Below the pieces are notes generated by a model that saw nothing but the letters and a program-made list of their open reading frames with translations, was not told the DNA's origin and made no database searches. Below, piece by piece: positions 42,247 to 52,939 of a stretch of 64,000 nucleotides of DNA; position 1 is the stretch's first letter, and every line of letters begins with the position of its first letter. Both the position numbers and the translations under genes were made by a program. Source of the DNA: Spirochaetia bacterium (lineage in GTDB: Bacteria > Spirochaetota > Spirochaetia > SZUA-6 > Bin103); assembly GCA_965203905.1 (NCBI GenBank), contig CBDBDQ010000003.1, positions 1 through 64,000 of the forward strand, written 5' to 3'.

Positions 42247-43167
42247 TCATGTGCTGGTGGCTAAGCCCGAGCCGCGAAGTATACGGACGATTGTTTCCTG
42301 ATTGACGCGCCTTACGGCTCGCTGAAAGGGTGGCCGTTTGATACCAGACCGTCGCTCAAGATAGCGTCCCAGCTCATCTTTGTAGGCTACCTGTTGCCGA
42401 AACGCTCTATAGTCGACGAGCCGCGCATACCACATCCCGGATGCACTCGGATCCCGTTCTATCCGACCCACTCGTCCGGTACCGAAGTAGTAGGATGGAG
42501 AACCTGAACGGTAGTAGATGAAGGAGTCGCCGCTACTGATCTGCGAACGATAGATATCAGGGAAATGGTAGTGACGGCCTACTTGGTCGTCATAAGCAGA
42601 GTCGTGATTCTGAGTGAGAACCACCGCCCTGGTTGGCAGGGCCGCCAAGCCAGGCTCCATCTTGCGTCCCGGTACTGCGCCGCGGCACACCGGAATGACG
42701 GCAGGTTGCCCGCTGGCTTCGTGTACCGTCAGAGGCTGGTACGCGAACAGCCCGTGACGGCTTCGCGACCAGTTGATCGGCAGAGCATGCGAAGGGTCTC
42801 TCTCACCGGCCCGCTTGCGAAGGTAGATCGCCGACTTGACAGCGATGTGCTTTTCGCGTTCTGAGCGGCTGTTGGATCTCCAGCCATGGTACTCCATGAT
42901 CGCGGTGGCATCCTTGACCGTGACGAAGATGCCAGCGCCGACCACACGTAGGGCGGCGGCAAACGCCTCGGCGGTCGTGGGCCTCCGCTCGGATTGCTGC
43001 TCCTGCTTTTGGCGGCGGGCGGTGATCTCGTTGAGCCTCTCTGCACCACCCAGCTTGGCGGCGGCGATCAGTTCGTCGAGGGACAAAGAAGCGGTAGCCG
43101 TTTCATCGGCGTGGTTGTGGTCTCGATCAGCCATGGGCGTCTGTGAGCTTGCAGTAGGAACGCTCAT
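42247..43167 (-). CDS. wHTH-like domain fused to a PUA/EVE-like putative modified-DNA reader domain
   Basis: C-terminal SAYDD..G.HYHFP..Y...I..GD.FIYY....YYFG.G.V..I..DP...WYA...DY..F...AVR resembles N-terminal domains of putative type IV restriction HNH nucleases. Start uncertain. Confidence 0.6.
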   Translation of the reverse strand: MSVPTASSQTPMADRDHNHADETATASLSLDELIAAAKLGGAERLNEITARRQKQEQQSERRPTTAEAFAAALRVVGAGIFVTVKDATAIMEYHGWRSNSRSEREKHIAVKSAIYLRKRAGERDPSHALPINWSRSRHGLFAYQPLTVHEASGQPAVIPVCRGAVPGRKMEPGLAALPTRAVVLTQNHDSAYDDQVGRHYHFPDIYRSQISSGDSFIYYRSGSPSYYFGTGRVGRIERDPSASGMWYARLVDYRAFRQQVAYKDELGRYLERRSGIKRPPFQRAVRRVNQETIVRILRGSGLATST

Positions 43168-43608
43168 GATAAAATTGTCGGCGCGCTGTTGAGACCGGAT
43201 TATGTCCAAAGCCCCGGCCCCAGGAAGGTCCGGAGTTAGGGGCCACCCCCCGGAGTCGGAGGCGATCTGCTGTGGATGCAGGAGCACGGACTCTCCTGGT
43301 CTTGGAAGAGGACGGACGACAGTCGGCCCGCTAGTGCATTCTGTGTGCTACTGTGTGCGTGGCCTGCGTGGCCGGGCTTGCTGGCGAAACCGGTACGAGG
43401 TACCGTACTACGGCCTGGAGCAACCTCTGGCAGACAACCCGCGCGCGAGGTGTGCCGGCGGCCAACGCCGTGCGCCACTTGGGCGGTTTCCAGCCGCGCG
43501 CTGGCGGACCGGGTAAAAGGCAGTGCAAGATACACTGGCTAAGAGAGATTCCGGACGCCACGACTGACTACAACCCCAGGCGTTCGGCCGAGGTCAGGAG
43601 ATAACCAC

Positions 43609-44442
43609 GTGCAGAGACACATCGCCCTGGTGACGCTCGTGCTGGCGGTTGCATCGGTGGCGGCGCCGCAGAGCAAGAACGACTTCGAGTACTGGGACGC
43701 AAACAGCAACGGCGACTTGACGTGCGCCGAGGCGGAAGGGCGCGACGAAGGACTCCGACTGCCTGCGTATCAGGACAACCGGGACAGAACCGGAACGATC
43801 TTCGAATGGCTGGAGCGGAAGCGGAGCAGCGACACGGACCGCGACGGCATGGCCTGCGACAGCAGTGCCAACCCGAACGGCTACATCCCGGGCAGCAGTA
43901 CCACGATCACGTCGGAAACAGCATCGGACAAGTGCGATGCGGCCGAGACGTGGATGGGGCTTCTGGTCTGCGCCGAGCCTGCGCGGCGCACCGGCTACAG
44001 TCGCGATGCCTACGGTAGCGCGTATGGACGGCTTGAAGACGAGATCGTTGCTGGGCTGCCGCAGGTCGGAGGCAAGGTCTATACGCCCTACACGTGTACG
44101 CCGTTCGACATCGAAGCAGACGGAACCGCGGCGACCGACATCGAACACATCGTCGCGTTGGCTGAAGCGCACGACTCGGGCATTACGGCTGGAGATCGGC
44201 GCGCACTCGCGTCCGACCCGCTCAACCTGACCATAGCGGTCCCGAGCGTGAACCAGAACGAGAAGGGCGACAGGGATGCAGGCGAATGGGGGCCGCTGGA
44301 GAATCGGGGCTGGTACGCAGCGCAGGTGGTTGCAGTAAAGCGGAAGTACGGCCTTACGGTAGACCCCGCTGAACGGGATGCTCTGGCACAGATGCTAAGG
44401 AACGACGCTAGCCGAACCGTGACATGCTTGCAAGAAACGTAG
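43609..44442 (+). CDS. Secreted HNH-type endonuclease (DUF1524/GmrSD C-terminal-like) with EF-hand/Excalibur-like Ca-binding N-terminus
   Basis: Signal peptide, WDANSNGDLTCAEA, DTDRDGMACD, DIEHIVALAEAHDSG...DPLNL...VN..KGD.D..EW.P...VKRKYGLTVD. Confidence 0.8.
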   Translation: MQRHIALVTLVLAVASVAAPQSKNDFEYWDANSNGDLTCAEAEGRDEGLRLPAYQDNRDRTGTIFEWLERKRSSDTDRDGMACDSSANPNGYIPGSSTTITSETASDKCDAAETWMGLLVCAEPARRTGYSRDAYGSAYGRLEDEIVAGLPQVGGKVYTPYTCTPFDIEADGTAATDIEHIVALAEAHDSGITAGDRRALASDPLNLTIAVPSVNQNEKGDRDAGEWGPLENRGWYAAQVVAVKRKYGLTVDPAERDALAQMLRNDASRTVTCLQET

Positions 44443-45157
44443 GATAATGCAACTCTTATACACGCTGGCACGATGGCCACGGCACAGACCGGGAGTGGCG
44501 GCCGGCTGGGGTTTGATTCATGCTTCCAGGGAGATAGATGGCAGCCACATCATGAGGATGCGAATGCAGCATGGCGTCGACGAAAACGACGAGTGCGAGC
44601 TGACCTTATTCAGCGGCGGCCGAATTGGACCCGCGAAGAGCGTTCAGCGAGAACGTGCGCGGCTGCTTCGCCTCGCTCTCCCGCACTGACCACACCATCC
44701 TGGATGTCGGTGCGCCGGAGCGCATCCGTAGCGCGCTATGCCACCGGGTAGATGTCGGCCACCTTCTCCCGGGCCGGTGAGCCGCGTGGCAGGATTGCAT
44801 ACCGACCCCGGCGGCAGCCCCGTTACCCGTACACGAGCCCGATGCCGGCGCAGCTGGTAGCAGTAGCTCCACGGCCGCGCTGACATAGGGCTCCTAGTGT
44901 GGCTGTGGCAGATTCGGCAGCGGCGGCCGCCAGCAGCAGGGCGACCGTTTTGCGGTTGCCGCGCATCACAGGTTGCTACGGCCGCGGAGATACCGACGGG
45001 CGAACCAGCTTCTGGCGGTGCTGCGGCGTGACTGCTCCGCACGGCACGGCGATGACCGCGAAGGTCTCGGCGACGGGGATCTGATGAAGCATGGCTTCCA
45101 CCTCCTGTAGTCAGCCCTGACCGAAAGGAGTGGAGTCGGGCCGTGTTGACAGTGATC

Positions 45158-45237
45158 CACCGCGTGCTCAGCACAAGATGAGGTTCCTGGCTATTCGCTC
45201 CGAAGTCGGGTAGCTATTCCCGGCCCCACGTGGAACT
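45158..45237. repeat. Copy 1 of an ~80-90 bp degenerate direct repeat (copy 2 at 49275..49365)
   Basis: Shared blocks CACCRCGTGCTCAGCACA, TATTCRCTCCG, GGGTAGCTAYTCCCG, CCCACGTGGARCT. Confidence 0.8.
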
Positions 45238-45256
45238 ACCGCGCGGATGCGGCCAC

Positions 45257-46054
45257 TCATTCACACCCCGGAATGCGGGCGGTCAAGTCGCAGCCGCGCA
45301 CGTGGGTCAGGTCCGCTTCCTCAAGGTCCGCCTCCCACAAGTTGGCGGCTTGCAGGTTCGCATCTGCCAACTTGGCATCGGCAAGCACAGCACCGCCGCT
45401 CAGGTTGGCGCCGGACAGGTCGGCGCCGGTCAGGTCCGCACCGGCCAGCTCCGCGCCGGACAGGTCGGCGCTAGTCAGGCTGGCACCGGCCAGATTGGCA
45501 CTGGTCAAGTCGGCGGTCCGGAGATTGGCGGCGTGCAGGTGTGCACCGAGCAGCTTGGCGGCGGGTAGGTCAGCAAAGGCCAGGATTGCGCCGCCCAGCA
45601 TTGCGCCGCGCAGGTCCGCTTCGGTCAGGTTCACGCCGAAAAGGAGCGTATAGGCGAGCTCGGCGCCGCGCAGGTCGGCGCTGGTCAGGTCGGCATGGGC
45701 TAGGGTTGCGGCGAACAGCTTGGCTTCGCGCAAGTTCGCGTTGGTCAGGTCAGCGCCGACCAGGGTTGCGCCGCGCAGGTTAGCGGCTTGCAGGTTAGCG
45801 CCGCGTAAGTTAGCACCGACCAGGGTTGCACCGATCAGGACAGCATTGCGCAGGTCGGCGCCGCGTAGGTCAGCCTCCCACAGCTGCGCACCGGCCAGCT
45901 CCGCGCCGGCGCAGTCCGGCATGCATTCCGGCAGGGCGCCTGCGTCAGCCGCGATCGCCGCTAGGAAGGCAATGGCGAGCAGGCGCAGGCGCGCGCATTG
46001 GTCGAGCGGTGGCGTTCGCTGGCGGGCGCACCAGCACGGCCCCGCCACCGTCAC
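45257..46054 (-). CDS. Secreted pentapeptide-repeat protein
   Basis: ~35 A(D/N)LxX repeats after a hydrophobic signal segment; start uncertain. Confidence 0.85.
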   Translation of the reverse strand: MTVAGPCWCARQRTPPLDQCARLRLLAIAFLAAIAADAGALPECMPDCAGAELAGAQLWEADLRGADLRNAVLIGATLVGANLRGANLQAANLRGATLVGADLTNANLREAKLFAATLAHADLTSADLRGAELAYTLLFGVNLTEADLRGAMLGGAILAFADLPAAKLLGAHLHAANLRTADLTSANLAGASLTSADLSGAELAGADLTGADLSGANLSGGAVLADAKLADANLQAANLWEADLEEADLTHVRGCDLTARIPGCE

Positions 46055-46296
46055 GGCGTCTCCTGTGGTTCTGGCCGGCTGGAAGCGGCCGCCGGGGGAC
46101 CGGCGCGGCGCACCTCGGCTACCTCACTGCGGATGAACAGCAGTAGCGGCACCAGCATTTCGACCGGGCCAAGCAGGCCAACGGCGGCGCCGACGATGGC
46201 GACGGCTTTCGTGCTCATGGCTGGCGCCCACCGATCATTCGTCAGCCTCCCAGCAGCCGGTCAGCCGTCGGGTAGCGTCGCAGCCCACCACGCCGG

Positions 46297-46420
46297 TCAA
46301 GTTCGCGCCGCGTAGGTCAGCCGTGGCGAGATTGGCAAGGGTAACGAACGCCGCCTGTAAGGAACGCCGCTCAGGTCGGCGCCCCCGAGATTGGCGAACG
46401 CCCAAGCCATGTCCGTACGT
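46297..46420 (-). pseudogene. Pentapeptide-repeat gene remnant
   Basis: FANLGGADLSG... and ANL..ADLRGANL in broken frames. Confidence 0.5.
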
Positions 46421-46444
46421 TCGTTCTCCGCCATCCGATCACGT

Positions 46445-49222
46445 TCAACGCAGGTCGGCCGATCCTCGGTAGATACCATGAATCACCTCGTAGGTTGCCG
46501 GGTCGTACGCCTTGAGTTCGTCGGCGCAGTGCAGATCGGGTTGTGTGCCGCCAGCGCTGCCGACGCAGAAATAGATTGCCGACATCTCGGCAAAGAACTC
46601 CGCATCATTGGTCATAGCATAACCGCTCCAAAGGTTCGCTATGTACGGTTTCTCGAAGTGCTCTTCGATATCCCACTGTTTTTCGTGGAGTTTGCCCCAG
46701 ACCCCGTGGGCCATCTCGTGAACGCAGACGGCAAAGTCGTCTTCCGGGCACAGGATGATGTAGCTGGCTATCCCCCTTGGCGGAAAGAAGACCGCATCGC
46801 AGTCGAGCCCGAGCACGTCGGCGTAAGTGTCAGGGAAGTCGTTGCAAAGATCTTCGGAGGAACCGTACAGAACGGCAAAAGGAGGTGCATATTGCTGTTC
46901 GTTAAGCGGCAACGCTGTGTCCGGGAGCGAGCTGAGGGCGCGCGCGAGGTCTGGGCGGTGTTGCAGCATTGTGGAGGATGCAAGACTTACCCTGTCGAGT
47001 CCGGCCTGTGAGACCGCGTTGTTGCTGGTAGCACAGAGCGTGCCAGTGGCGGACACCCTATCAAGCAGCGGGTATCGCGTGGGGTAGGGGCAGCGTGGAT
47101 CGCGGTTCTGTGGGCGATTATCATTGTAAATGCCGATCTCGAAATAATACGGCTCGCCTACGGTGTAGCCGGAGCTGCTGAACACGCGCACGCCTACGGC
47201 GGAGTTCCCGATGGCGTCGTGAATCGTGATCCGCACCGGCGCCGATGTTGCTCCTTTGGGAACCGATATGGACGAAGGGTGGCTGTAGACATCAAATCCT
47301 GGATCACCGAGATTAATCGTGAGCGGCTGTGGCGCTGGAATCGACAGGAGAAGCAGAGCCTCGACCGTTCCTACGGTGTCCCAGACATCCACTCCTGCGC
47401 GACCCCAGTGATTCGTCTGGGCTGACGAGAACGACACCACAGGTAGCGGGGCGCACGTTTCTGGGATGACACCTATCGTATTGCCGTTTTCGTCAGCGCT
47501 GCTTCGGCAGCCACAGAAAGTCGGATCTGAGCGCAGGGCTTCCTCGCATGATGCGTACCGCTTTTTAATATAGATGATAACCAGGACATGGTTGTACTGA
47601 GGGTTCTCTCTGGTGGAGGCCGTGTAGCCGCTGACTTCATATCCTTCCCCAGGCACCAAAAGAACGTTGGTGCCGATGACCTCACCAGCAGGAATTTTGG
47701 TGCCGGCGAGCGTCCTAGCAGAAGCAGGATAGTAGTCTATGAGTGGTACCACGATAGTGGCACTCGAAGCGCCAGCGGGCACCGTCACCGAACTCTTCAG
47801 TACTTCTTGCTCTGGGTGATACGGCGTCGAAAACTCGATCGAAAGAGTCTGCGTGGCAGGCTTCGACAGGTTGATGAGCACGTCCACCGACTCCTCCGCC
47901 CCGAGGACGTGATCCACCCGTGTCTCGGGCTTTGCGAACGACACAACAGGCAGCGCGGCGTCATTGTCAAACACCGTCACGCTGGCCGAACTCGGAGAGC
48001 CGATCGTGTAGCCCGTGCCGGGCCAGATATCCGCCCTCACCGATCCGTCCGGACGGTCCACGTCATCGTCGATGGTGGCGACCCTCCAGACGGCCGAAGA
48101 CGTGTTCGCCGCGATGGTCAGAGTCTCTATGCCCCGACGCTCCGGGTCGACCAAGGTGACATCACCCACAGTGGTCAGTTGTATCGCTAGCGCGCTGGCG
48201 GGCGCTGGTGTTGCATGTACCGTGAATGCTGCTAAGCCGCCTTCGGTTACCGCAGCGCCGCCCGTGATGCTCACCACAACAGGCGCGGTTGGCGCGGCGT
48301 CATTGTCGGCCACCGTTACGCTGGTCGAGCTCGGAGAGCCGACCGTGTAGCCCGTGCCGTGGCGGAGGGCCGCCGTCAACGATCCGTCCGGCTCGTCTAC
48401 GTCATCGTCGATGGTGACGACCCTCCAGACGGCCGAAGACGTGTTCGCCGCGATAGTCAGAGTCTGTGCGCCACGACTCGCCGCAGCGATAAAGGCTCCA
48501 CTCTGGGCGATGTTCAGTTGTATCGCCAGCGCAGTGGCCGGCGTGGGCGTTGATTGTACCGTGAAAGTTGCTGTGCCACCTTCGGTTACCGCGGGCCCGC
48601 CCGTGATGCTTAGCACTGGTAAAGACGGCGGCGGCGGTGGTGTTCGGTCGTTGATGGCCACCGTAACCGAGGACGGGCTCCCAGCCGTCACCTCCGGCGG
48701 CAGGTTGCCCAACGCAATCGAAAAGGTCTCGTCGTCCGTGTCGGCATCGTCCATCGTCGTAATACGCCCGCTGCCGGTAAGACTGTTGGCGGGAATGGTG
48801 ATGCGCGCCAGCCGACCGTAGTCGTCGGGCTCAGCGGTGCCTGGTGTCAGCGTCAGCGGGACAGTCACCGAGCTGTTCAGCGTCCGTGACAGTGTTGCCC
48901 GCACCGTGACCGGGTCACCCTCGTTCACAGGGTTCGGGGTTGCCGCCAGACTCACCGTCGGCGGTGTTTGCGGGCCGGTCTCGCCGGGCGGCCCCGGCTC
49001 GCCTTGCGGCCCGGCCGGACCCTCTGGCCCCTGCGGCCCGGTTTCCCCTGGCGGTCCTTGCTCCCCCGGTTCGCCTTGCGGCCCAGCCGGCCCGGTCTCT
49101 CCGGGCGCTCCGTCTTCTCCAGCCGGTCCGGGCGGCCCTGGCGGGCCGATCATCCAATCGCACCCCCCCAAAGCTATAACCAAGATCAGTCCGAGGACGG
49201 TTCGGCGCGCGGCGTGTACCAT
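46445..49222 (-). CDS. Lipoprotein with collagen-like GXY repeats, Calx-beta domains and C-terminal zinc metallopeptidase
   Basis: Lipobox LGGC, ~20 GXY triplets, [15 protein letters not shown] Calx-beta blocks, HEMAH...[12 protein letters not shown]...YF...L..YDP. Confidence 0.88.
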   Translation of the reverse strand: MVHAARRTVLGLILVIALGGCDWMIGPPGPPGPAGEDGAPGETGPAGPQGEPGEQGPPGETGPQGPEGPAGPQGEPGPPGETGPQTPPTVSLAATPNPVNEGDPVTVRATLSRTLNSSVTVPLTLTPGTAEPDDYGRLARITIPANSLTGSGRITTMDDADTDDETFSIALGNLPPEVTAGSPSSVTVAINDRTPPPPPSLPVLSITGGPAVTEGGTATFTVQSTPTPATALAIQLNIAQSGAFIAAASRGAQTLTIAANTSSAVWRVVTIDDDVDEPDGSLTAALRHGTGYTVGSPSSTSVTVADNDAAPTAPVVVSITGGAAVTEGGLAAFTVHATPAPASALAIQLTTVGDVTLVDPERRGIETLTIAANTSSAVWRVATIDDDVDRPDGSVRADIWPGTGYTIGSPSSASVTVFDNDAALPVVSFAKPETRVDHVLGAEESVDVLINLSKPATQTLSIEFSTPYHPEQEVLKSSVTVPAGASSATIVVPLIDYYPASARTLAGTKIPAGEVIGTNVLLVPGEGYEVSGYTASTRENPQYNHVLVIIYIKKRYASCEEALRSDPTFCGCRSSADENGNTIGVIPETCAPLPVVSFSSAQTNHWGRAGVDVWDTVGTVEALLLLSIPAPQPLTINLGDPGFDVYSHPSSISVPKGATSAPVRITIHDAIGNSAVGVRVFSSSGYTVGEPYYFEIGIYNDNRPQNRDPRCPYPTRYPLLDRVSATGTLCATSNNAVSQAGLDRVSLASSTMLQHRPDLARALSSLPDTALPLNEQQYAPPFAVLYGSSEDLCNDFPDTYADVLGLDCDAVFFPPRGIASYIILCPEDDFAVCVHEMAHGVWGKLHEKQWDIEEHFEKPYIANLWSGYAMTNDAEFFAEMSAIYFCVGSAGGTQPDLHCADELKAYDPATYEVIHGIYRGSADLR

Positions 49223-49274
49223 CTGCTTCCTCCCGGCCGGAGCCGGAAGGCGCCGGGCCGTTTCGAGAGCAGTT

Positions 49275-49365
49275 CACCACGTGCTCAGCACACAGAGGAT
49301 TCCTGTTGGTTCTCTGGCATATTCACTCCGGGATTGGGTAGCTACTCCCGCTCCCACGTGGAGCT
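49275..49365. repeat. Copy 2 of the degenerate direct repeat, upstream of the collagen/Calx-beta peptidase gene
   Basis: See 45158..45237. Confidence 0.8.
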
Positions 49366-50059
49366 GTTGTATTCCACCAGCGACCCGGCATGAACCGAGA
49401 CGTGATGAACTACTCTCGTGGGCGTCATTGTATGCACAAGGTGCAGGCAGTCAACCAAACCTTGGGCCGTGAGATGCGGGAGATACGCAGCGGGCTGCCA
49501 GTCCTGGGGAGGCTTCGAGCGCTTCGCCTACGTCAGCGACCTGCGAACGCTGCAGGCTGAGTTAGCCGAGCTGAAGCGCGCTTCGGGCGAGTAGCGCCAG
49601 GGCGAGATTTGCTGGGCCGGTCCCACGGTGTTGGATAGATGCTGAGCCACCTCCAGCGACAGCCGTTCCGCCGGAGCGACAGGTAAACCGCCACGCCGGG
49701 CCCATGGCGCTGTTGTTGATTGAGAGTCCCCAATCGACCGACGGGACCGCGGAGGCCCGCGAGAAGAGCTGCGTTGCCGGTGCCGGCCGGTCGCTGCGCC
49801 TGCACCACGCTGGCGCCATCGTGCGTCACGGTGGGTACGTGACCCGTCGGGCCGGTCATCCTCGTGATTGTCCAGGGCGGCGCTCAGGAGACGACCGTCT
49901 ACGGCAAGCGCCACCGAGTGGTAAGCGACAAGCTGCTGATCAAGCTGCAGGCGGGCGAAGATACGGGTGCCATGGCCCTGATGCCGCGCGACGGTGAAAT
50001 GGCCCGGCTGGCGGAACGCCAGTCATGGGTCGACGCGGCGTGCCTGGAGGTTACCAGCA

Positions 50060-50776
50060 TCAGATAGCCCGCGCGCGGGCTTTCCTCAAAGGCAACGTCA
50101 CGGCGCCGCGCCGGTAGCCTTTCGGGACGCTCTCGATGGATGCCTGCAGCCGTACCCTAAGCGGCTCGGTGCTGCGCCAATCGAAGGGTGTCCCTTGATC
50201 GGTCACGAAGTCCGACATCGGGATTCTGAACCGATATCCCGCACGAAGACGCTCCAGGTAGCGCGGATACCGATAGCGCCCGTTTAGTACGATCCTGATG
50301 GAGAACCAGGCATAGCGGTCGCGGTTCGTGACGAGTAGGTTGCCTTGGCGATCAGTGGCCACTTCGGCGGTCAACGGCTTGGGAGTGCGGCGACGCCGGT
50401 AGACTCTCCGAACCAAGAAGCCGAGCCCCGCGCGAGGGTTCTTCGGGTCGAACATGACGTTCTGACTGCGGCTGTGCATGTGGTCAGGCCGCCCCTTGGA
50501 CACTTCCTTCAGGGCTTCACGATCCTGTTCGGAGATGGCTATCCACCGCTTGCCGTTCCACTGTTCCCACCCCCGGCCGAGGCCATCTGGCTCCAGGATA
50601 TCGCCGAGCGTGGGGACCAGCACATGCCATGTTCGGTGGCTATGCAGCGTCCCGACACTCGGACCGTAGCGACCGCTTACGGTGCGGAGCGAGATCCCGC
50701 GTACCAGGTCACCGTCGATCGCGGCGCGAGAGGGGTGAGAGCAGACCTTACAGCGGCGGGCCACTTCGGAAACCAT
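50060..50776 (-). CDS. Phage-type protein with N-terminal CxxC-HP/HTH domain
   Basis: RRCKVCSHPSRAAIDGDLVRGISLRTVSGRYG.S...L.SH...H, typical of small phage DNA-binding proteins. Confidence 0.55.
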   Translation of the reverse strand: MVSEVARRCKVCSHPSRAAIDGDLVRGISLRTVSGRYGPSVGTLHSHRTWHVLVPTLGDILEPDGLGRGWEQWNGKRWIAISEQDREALKEVSKGRPDHMHSRSQNVMFDPKNPRAGLGFLVRRVYRRRRTPKPLTAEVATDRQGNLLVTNRDRYAWFSIRIVLNGRYRYPRYLERLRAGYRFRIPMSDFVTDQGTPFDWRSTEPLRVRLQASIESVPKGYRRGAVTLPLRKARARAI

Positions 50777-50989
50777 AGTACCGCCCCTGGATCGACGCAC
50801 CAAGTGAGCGGTCCGATGCGCGTCAGTTTGAAACCAGAGCCTGGGTAGTAGCCCCCTCCATCGAGCGGCATCGCTCTTCCAGCGAGCGCCGTTGGCGACC
50901 AGCCTGAGGCGACCGAGACGCCGATCGTGGTGGCGAGGGATAGTCGTGCCCGTAAAGGCAGCACTCCCTGTCCCCGATATTCGAGGGAC

Positions 50990-51685
50990 ATGCTGTTTGA
51001 TGGGTTCGCTGGATGGGTCGCCAAGTGGTGGTGGTTGATTACTCTCGTTGTCGTTGTCGTCATCCTGCTCATCCCAGGGAAGCGTTCTCACCGGCAGAAG
51101 AAAAAAGGGCATTCGAGCGGCACAGGACCACAGCAGCGACGCGTGGGCTCGCGGTCATCTGGAGTGCAGCTCCGCCCCGCGCATCGGGGCGAGACACCCA
51201 CCTTCCCCGCGCACCGGGTCGATAGCCACACCATTCGCGCTCGCTGGGTAGAGGGCCCTACCCGTACGATCATGGGCAGAGCGTATGTGACGGACGGCGA
51301 CGGGATACGGGTCGCCAGAAAGGAAGTGCGCCTCGCCGGCCTTGACGCGCCCGAATGGGATCAGATGGCCAAACATCAGAACGGATACTGGTTCAACCAC
51401 GGGAAGCGCGTGAAGAGCGCGCTCATTCAGGAAATTGGCGGCAAGCATGTCAGTGTGACGGTCGAGAGCGTGGATAAGTTTGGGCGGCTAGTCGGCACTG
51501 TGACCTGCGAGGGCAGAGACATCGGTGAATGGATGGTGCGGGAAGGACTTGCCATCGCCGCCTACCATGACCGCTACAGGCAAGTCGAGCGGGGGGCGCG
51601 TGAAGCGAGGCGCGGCATGTGGGCACACGCCCACAACTTCGATCCCAGGGCGCACCGACACCGTGAGCGGCGAAGGATTGAGTAA
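50990..51685 (+). CDS. Thermonuclease (SNase-like) family protein with N-terminal TM helix
   Basis: VTDGDG, VRLAGLDAPE..Q, DKFGRLVG, MVREGLA, AREARRGMW. Confidence 0.92.
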   Translation: MLFDGFAGWVAKWWWLITLVVVVVILLIPGKRSHRQKKKGHSSGTGPQQRRVGSRSSGVQLRPAHRGETPTFPAHRVDSHTIRARWVEGPTRTIMGRAYVTDGDGIRVARKEVRLAGLDAPEWDQMAKHQNGYWFNHGKRVKSALIQEIGGKHVSVTVESVDKFGRLVGTVTCEGRDIGEWMVREGLAIAAYHDRYRQVERGAREARRGMWAHAHNFDPRAHRHRERRRIE

Positions 51686-51805
51686 CGTTTAGCTCGCCGC
51701 GTGACGTGCAGTGCCAACAGGGTGGATTCTCAGACTGACGCACTAACGGAGCGGTCTGCTCGTTCCACCGGCCTCTCGTCGTGTGATAGACTGGTGCTCC
51801 CTAAA

Positions 51806-52393
51806 ATGATGACTGTGACCGAACGCCGCAAGCGTGCTGAAATCATGTTGATCCAGCGAGTCATGTATAAGACGCCCTACCTGAAGCTTTGGCGGACGGC
51901 CTACCCCAAAACCAAATGCAACAACGAGAATAGCGCCGGCGAGATGGTCCGGCGCGAACTTCGAAAGCTTCCAGCTCTCCGCGCCGAGGAGAGAGCCGCG
52001 CGCCGTCTGCCACCCCCACCGCAGACCCCGGAGGATAGCGAACCTGAGGTGCCCAGCGAGCCAGCGCCGCCGCCGAAGATGAAGAAGTGTCTGGGAGTCG
52101 CCGGTAGGCAGTGCGATCAGGAAATCGTCGTGTTCCGGAATCGGAAGCGGTGCGCGAGCTGTGCGAAGGAGGTCCGGCGACTGCAGCAGCGCCCCCACAA
52201 ACGGAAGTACGGTCGAAATCACCGCGAGGAGCTGCGCACGAAGCGTCGCCAGCGGCGCAGATTTGACAGCTTTATGGAGGCGAGAAAGAAGGAGCGAGAG
52301 CGGGTCGCCGCCCTGCCGGAAGTAGTGTACGAGCCCGGTGGGAAGATCTTTGTGGTGAACCCAGATACGGGCCAGCGAGAACGCTTACGCTAG
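51806..52393 (+). CDS. Hypothetical basic protein (terminase-small-like HTH N-terminus, Cys cluster)
   Basis: LWRTAYPKTK...SAGEM..REL; C..C..CASC; Arg/Lys rich. Function is inference. Confidence 0.55.
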   Translation: MMTVTERRKRAEIMLIQRVMYKTPYLKLWRTAYPKTKCNNENSAGEMVRRELRKLPALRAEERAARRLPPPPQTPEDSEPEVPSEPAPPPKMKKCLGVAGRQCDQEIVVFRNRKRCASCAKEVRRLQQRPHKRKYGRNHREELRTKRRQRRRFDSFMEARKKERERVAALPEVVYEPGGKIFVVNPDTGQRERLR

Positions 52394-52432
52394 GATCGAT
52401 CCACGGATCTCTATTGGTATACCGACGATAGC

Positions 52433-52939
52433 ATGCCGAAAAGAAAGGCCGAAGAGACCATGACTGACAAGAAGCGCAAGTTCTTGGCCGAAGAGATTCT
52501 TGTCCTGATTGAGCAAGGTAAGACGAGGGCCGAGGCCTGGCGTCTCACCCACCCGGAATCCGATGCCAAGCCGGACAGCATGCGAGTCATGTGCAGCAAC
52601 CTGCTCGCGTGGTACAACAAGAAATATCCAACTGGGTACGAGCAGCTCATGCGGCGCCTGAGGGCACAAGAGAGACGTCGTAACCGACGACGCGTGAGGC
52701 CCCAAGAGAGTCATCACCAAGGCGGTCGACACGCACGCGATCAGGCGGCGGCGCCAATGCAGCCCGAGACTGATGAGGAGCGCCTTGAAGAACTGCTACT
52801 CGACAGGGAGCTAGAGGGGGATGAAGCACCCCCCTGGGTGGATGAAGAAATCGCCAAGCTGCGCGCTAAGGGGGTGCGCGCTCGCCAGCAGCGCGACCCA
52901 GATCCACCGCCAACAGACGAGGGTACCCGGGGCACCTAG
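52433..52939 (+). CDS. Hypothetical protein (terminase-small-like HTH N-terminus)
   Basis: KKRKFLAE......GKTRAEAWRLTHPESDAKPDSMRVMCSNLL; weakly similar to the previous ORF. Confidence 0.55.
   Translation: MPKRKAEETMTDKKRKFLAEEILVLIEQGKTRAEAWRLTHPESDAKPDSMRVMCSNLLAWYNKKYPTGYEQLMRRLRAQERRRNRRRVRPQESHHQGGRHARDQAAAPMQPETDEERLEELLLDRELEGDEAPPWVDEEIAKLRAKGVRARQQRDPDPPPTDEGTRGT

Noticed and set aside
37800-51760. Integron cassette array
   Set aside because: Genes lie in mixed orientation, there are no convincing RYYYAAC...GTTRRRY attC folds, and neither recombinase shows the IntI insertion.
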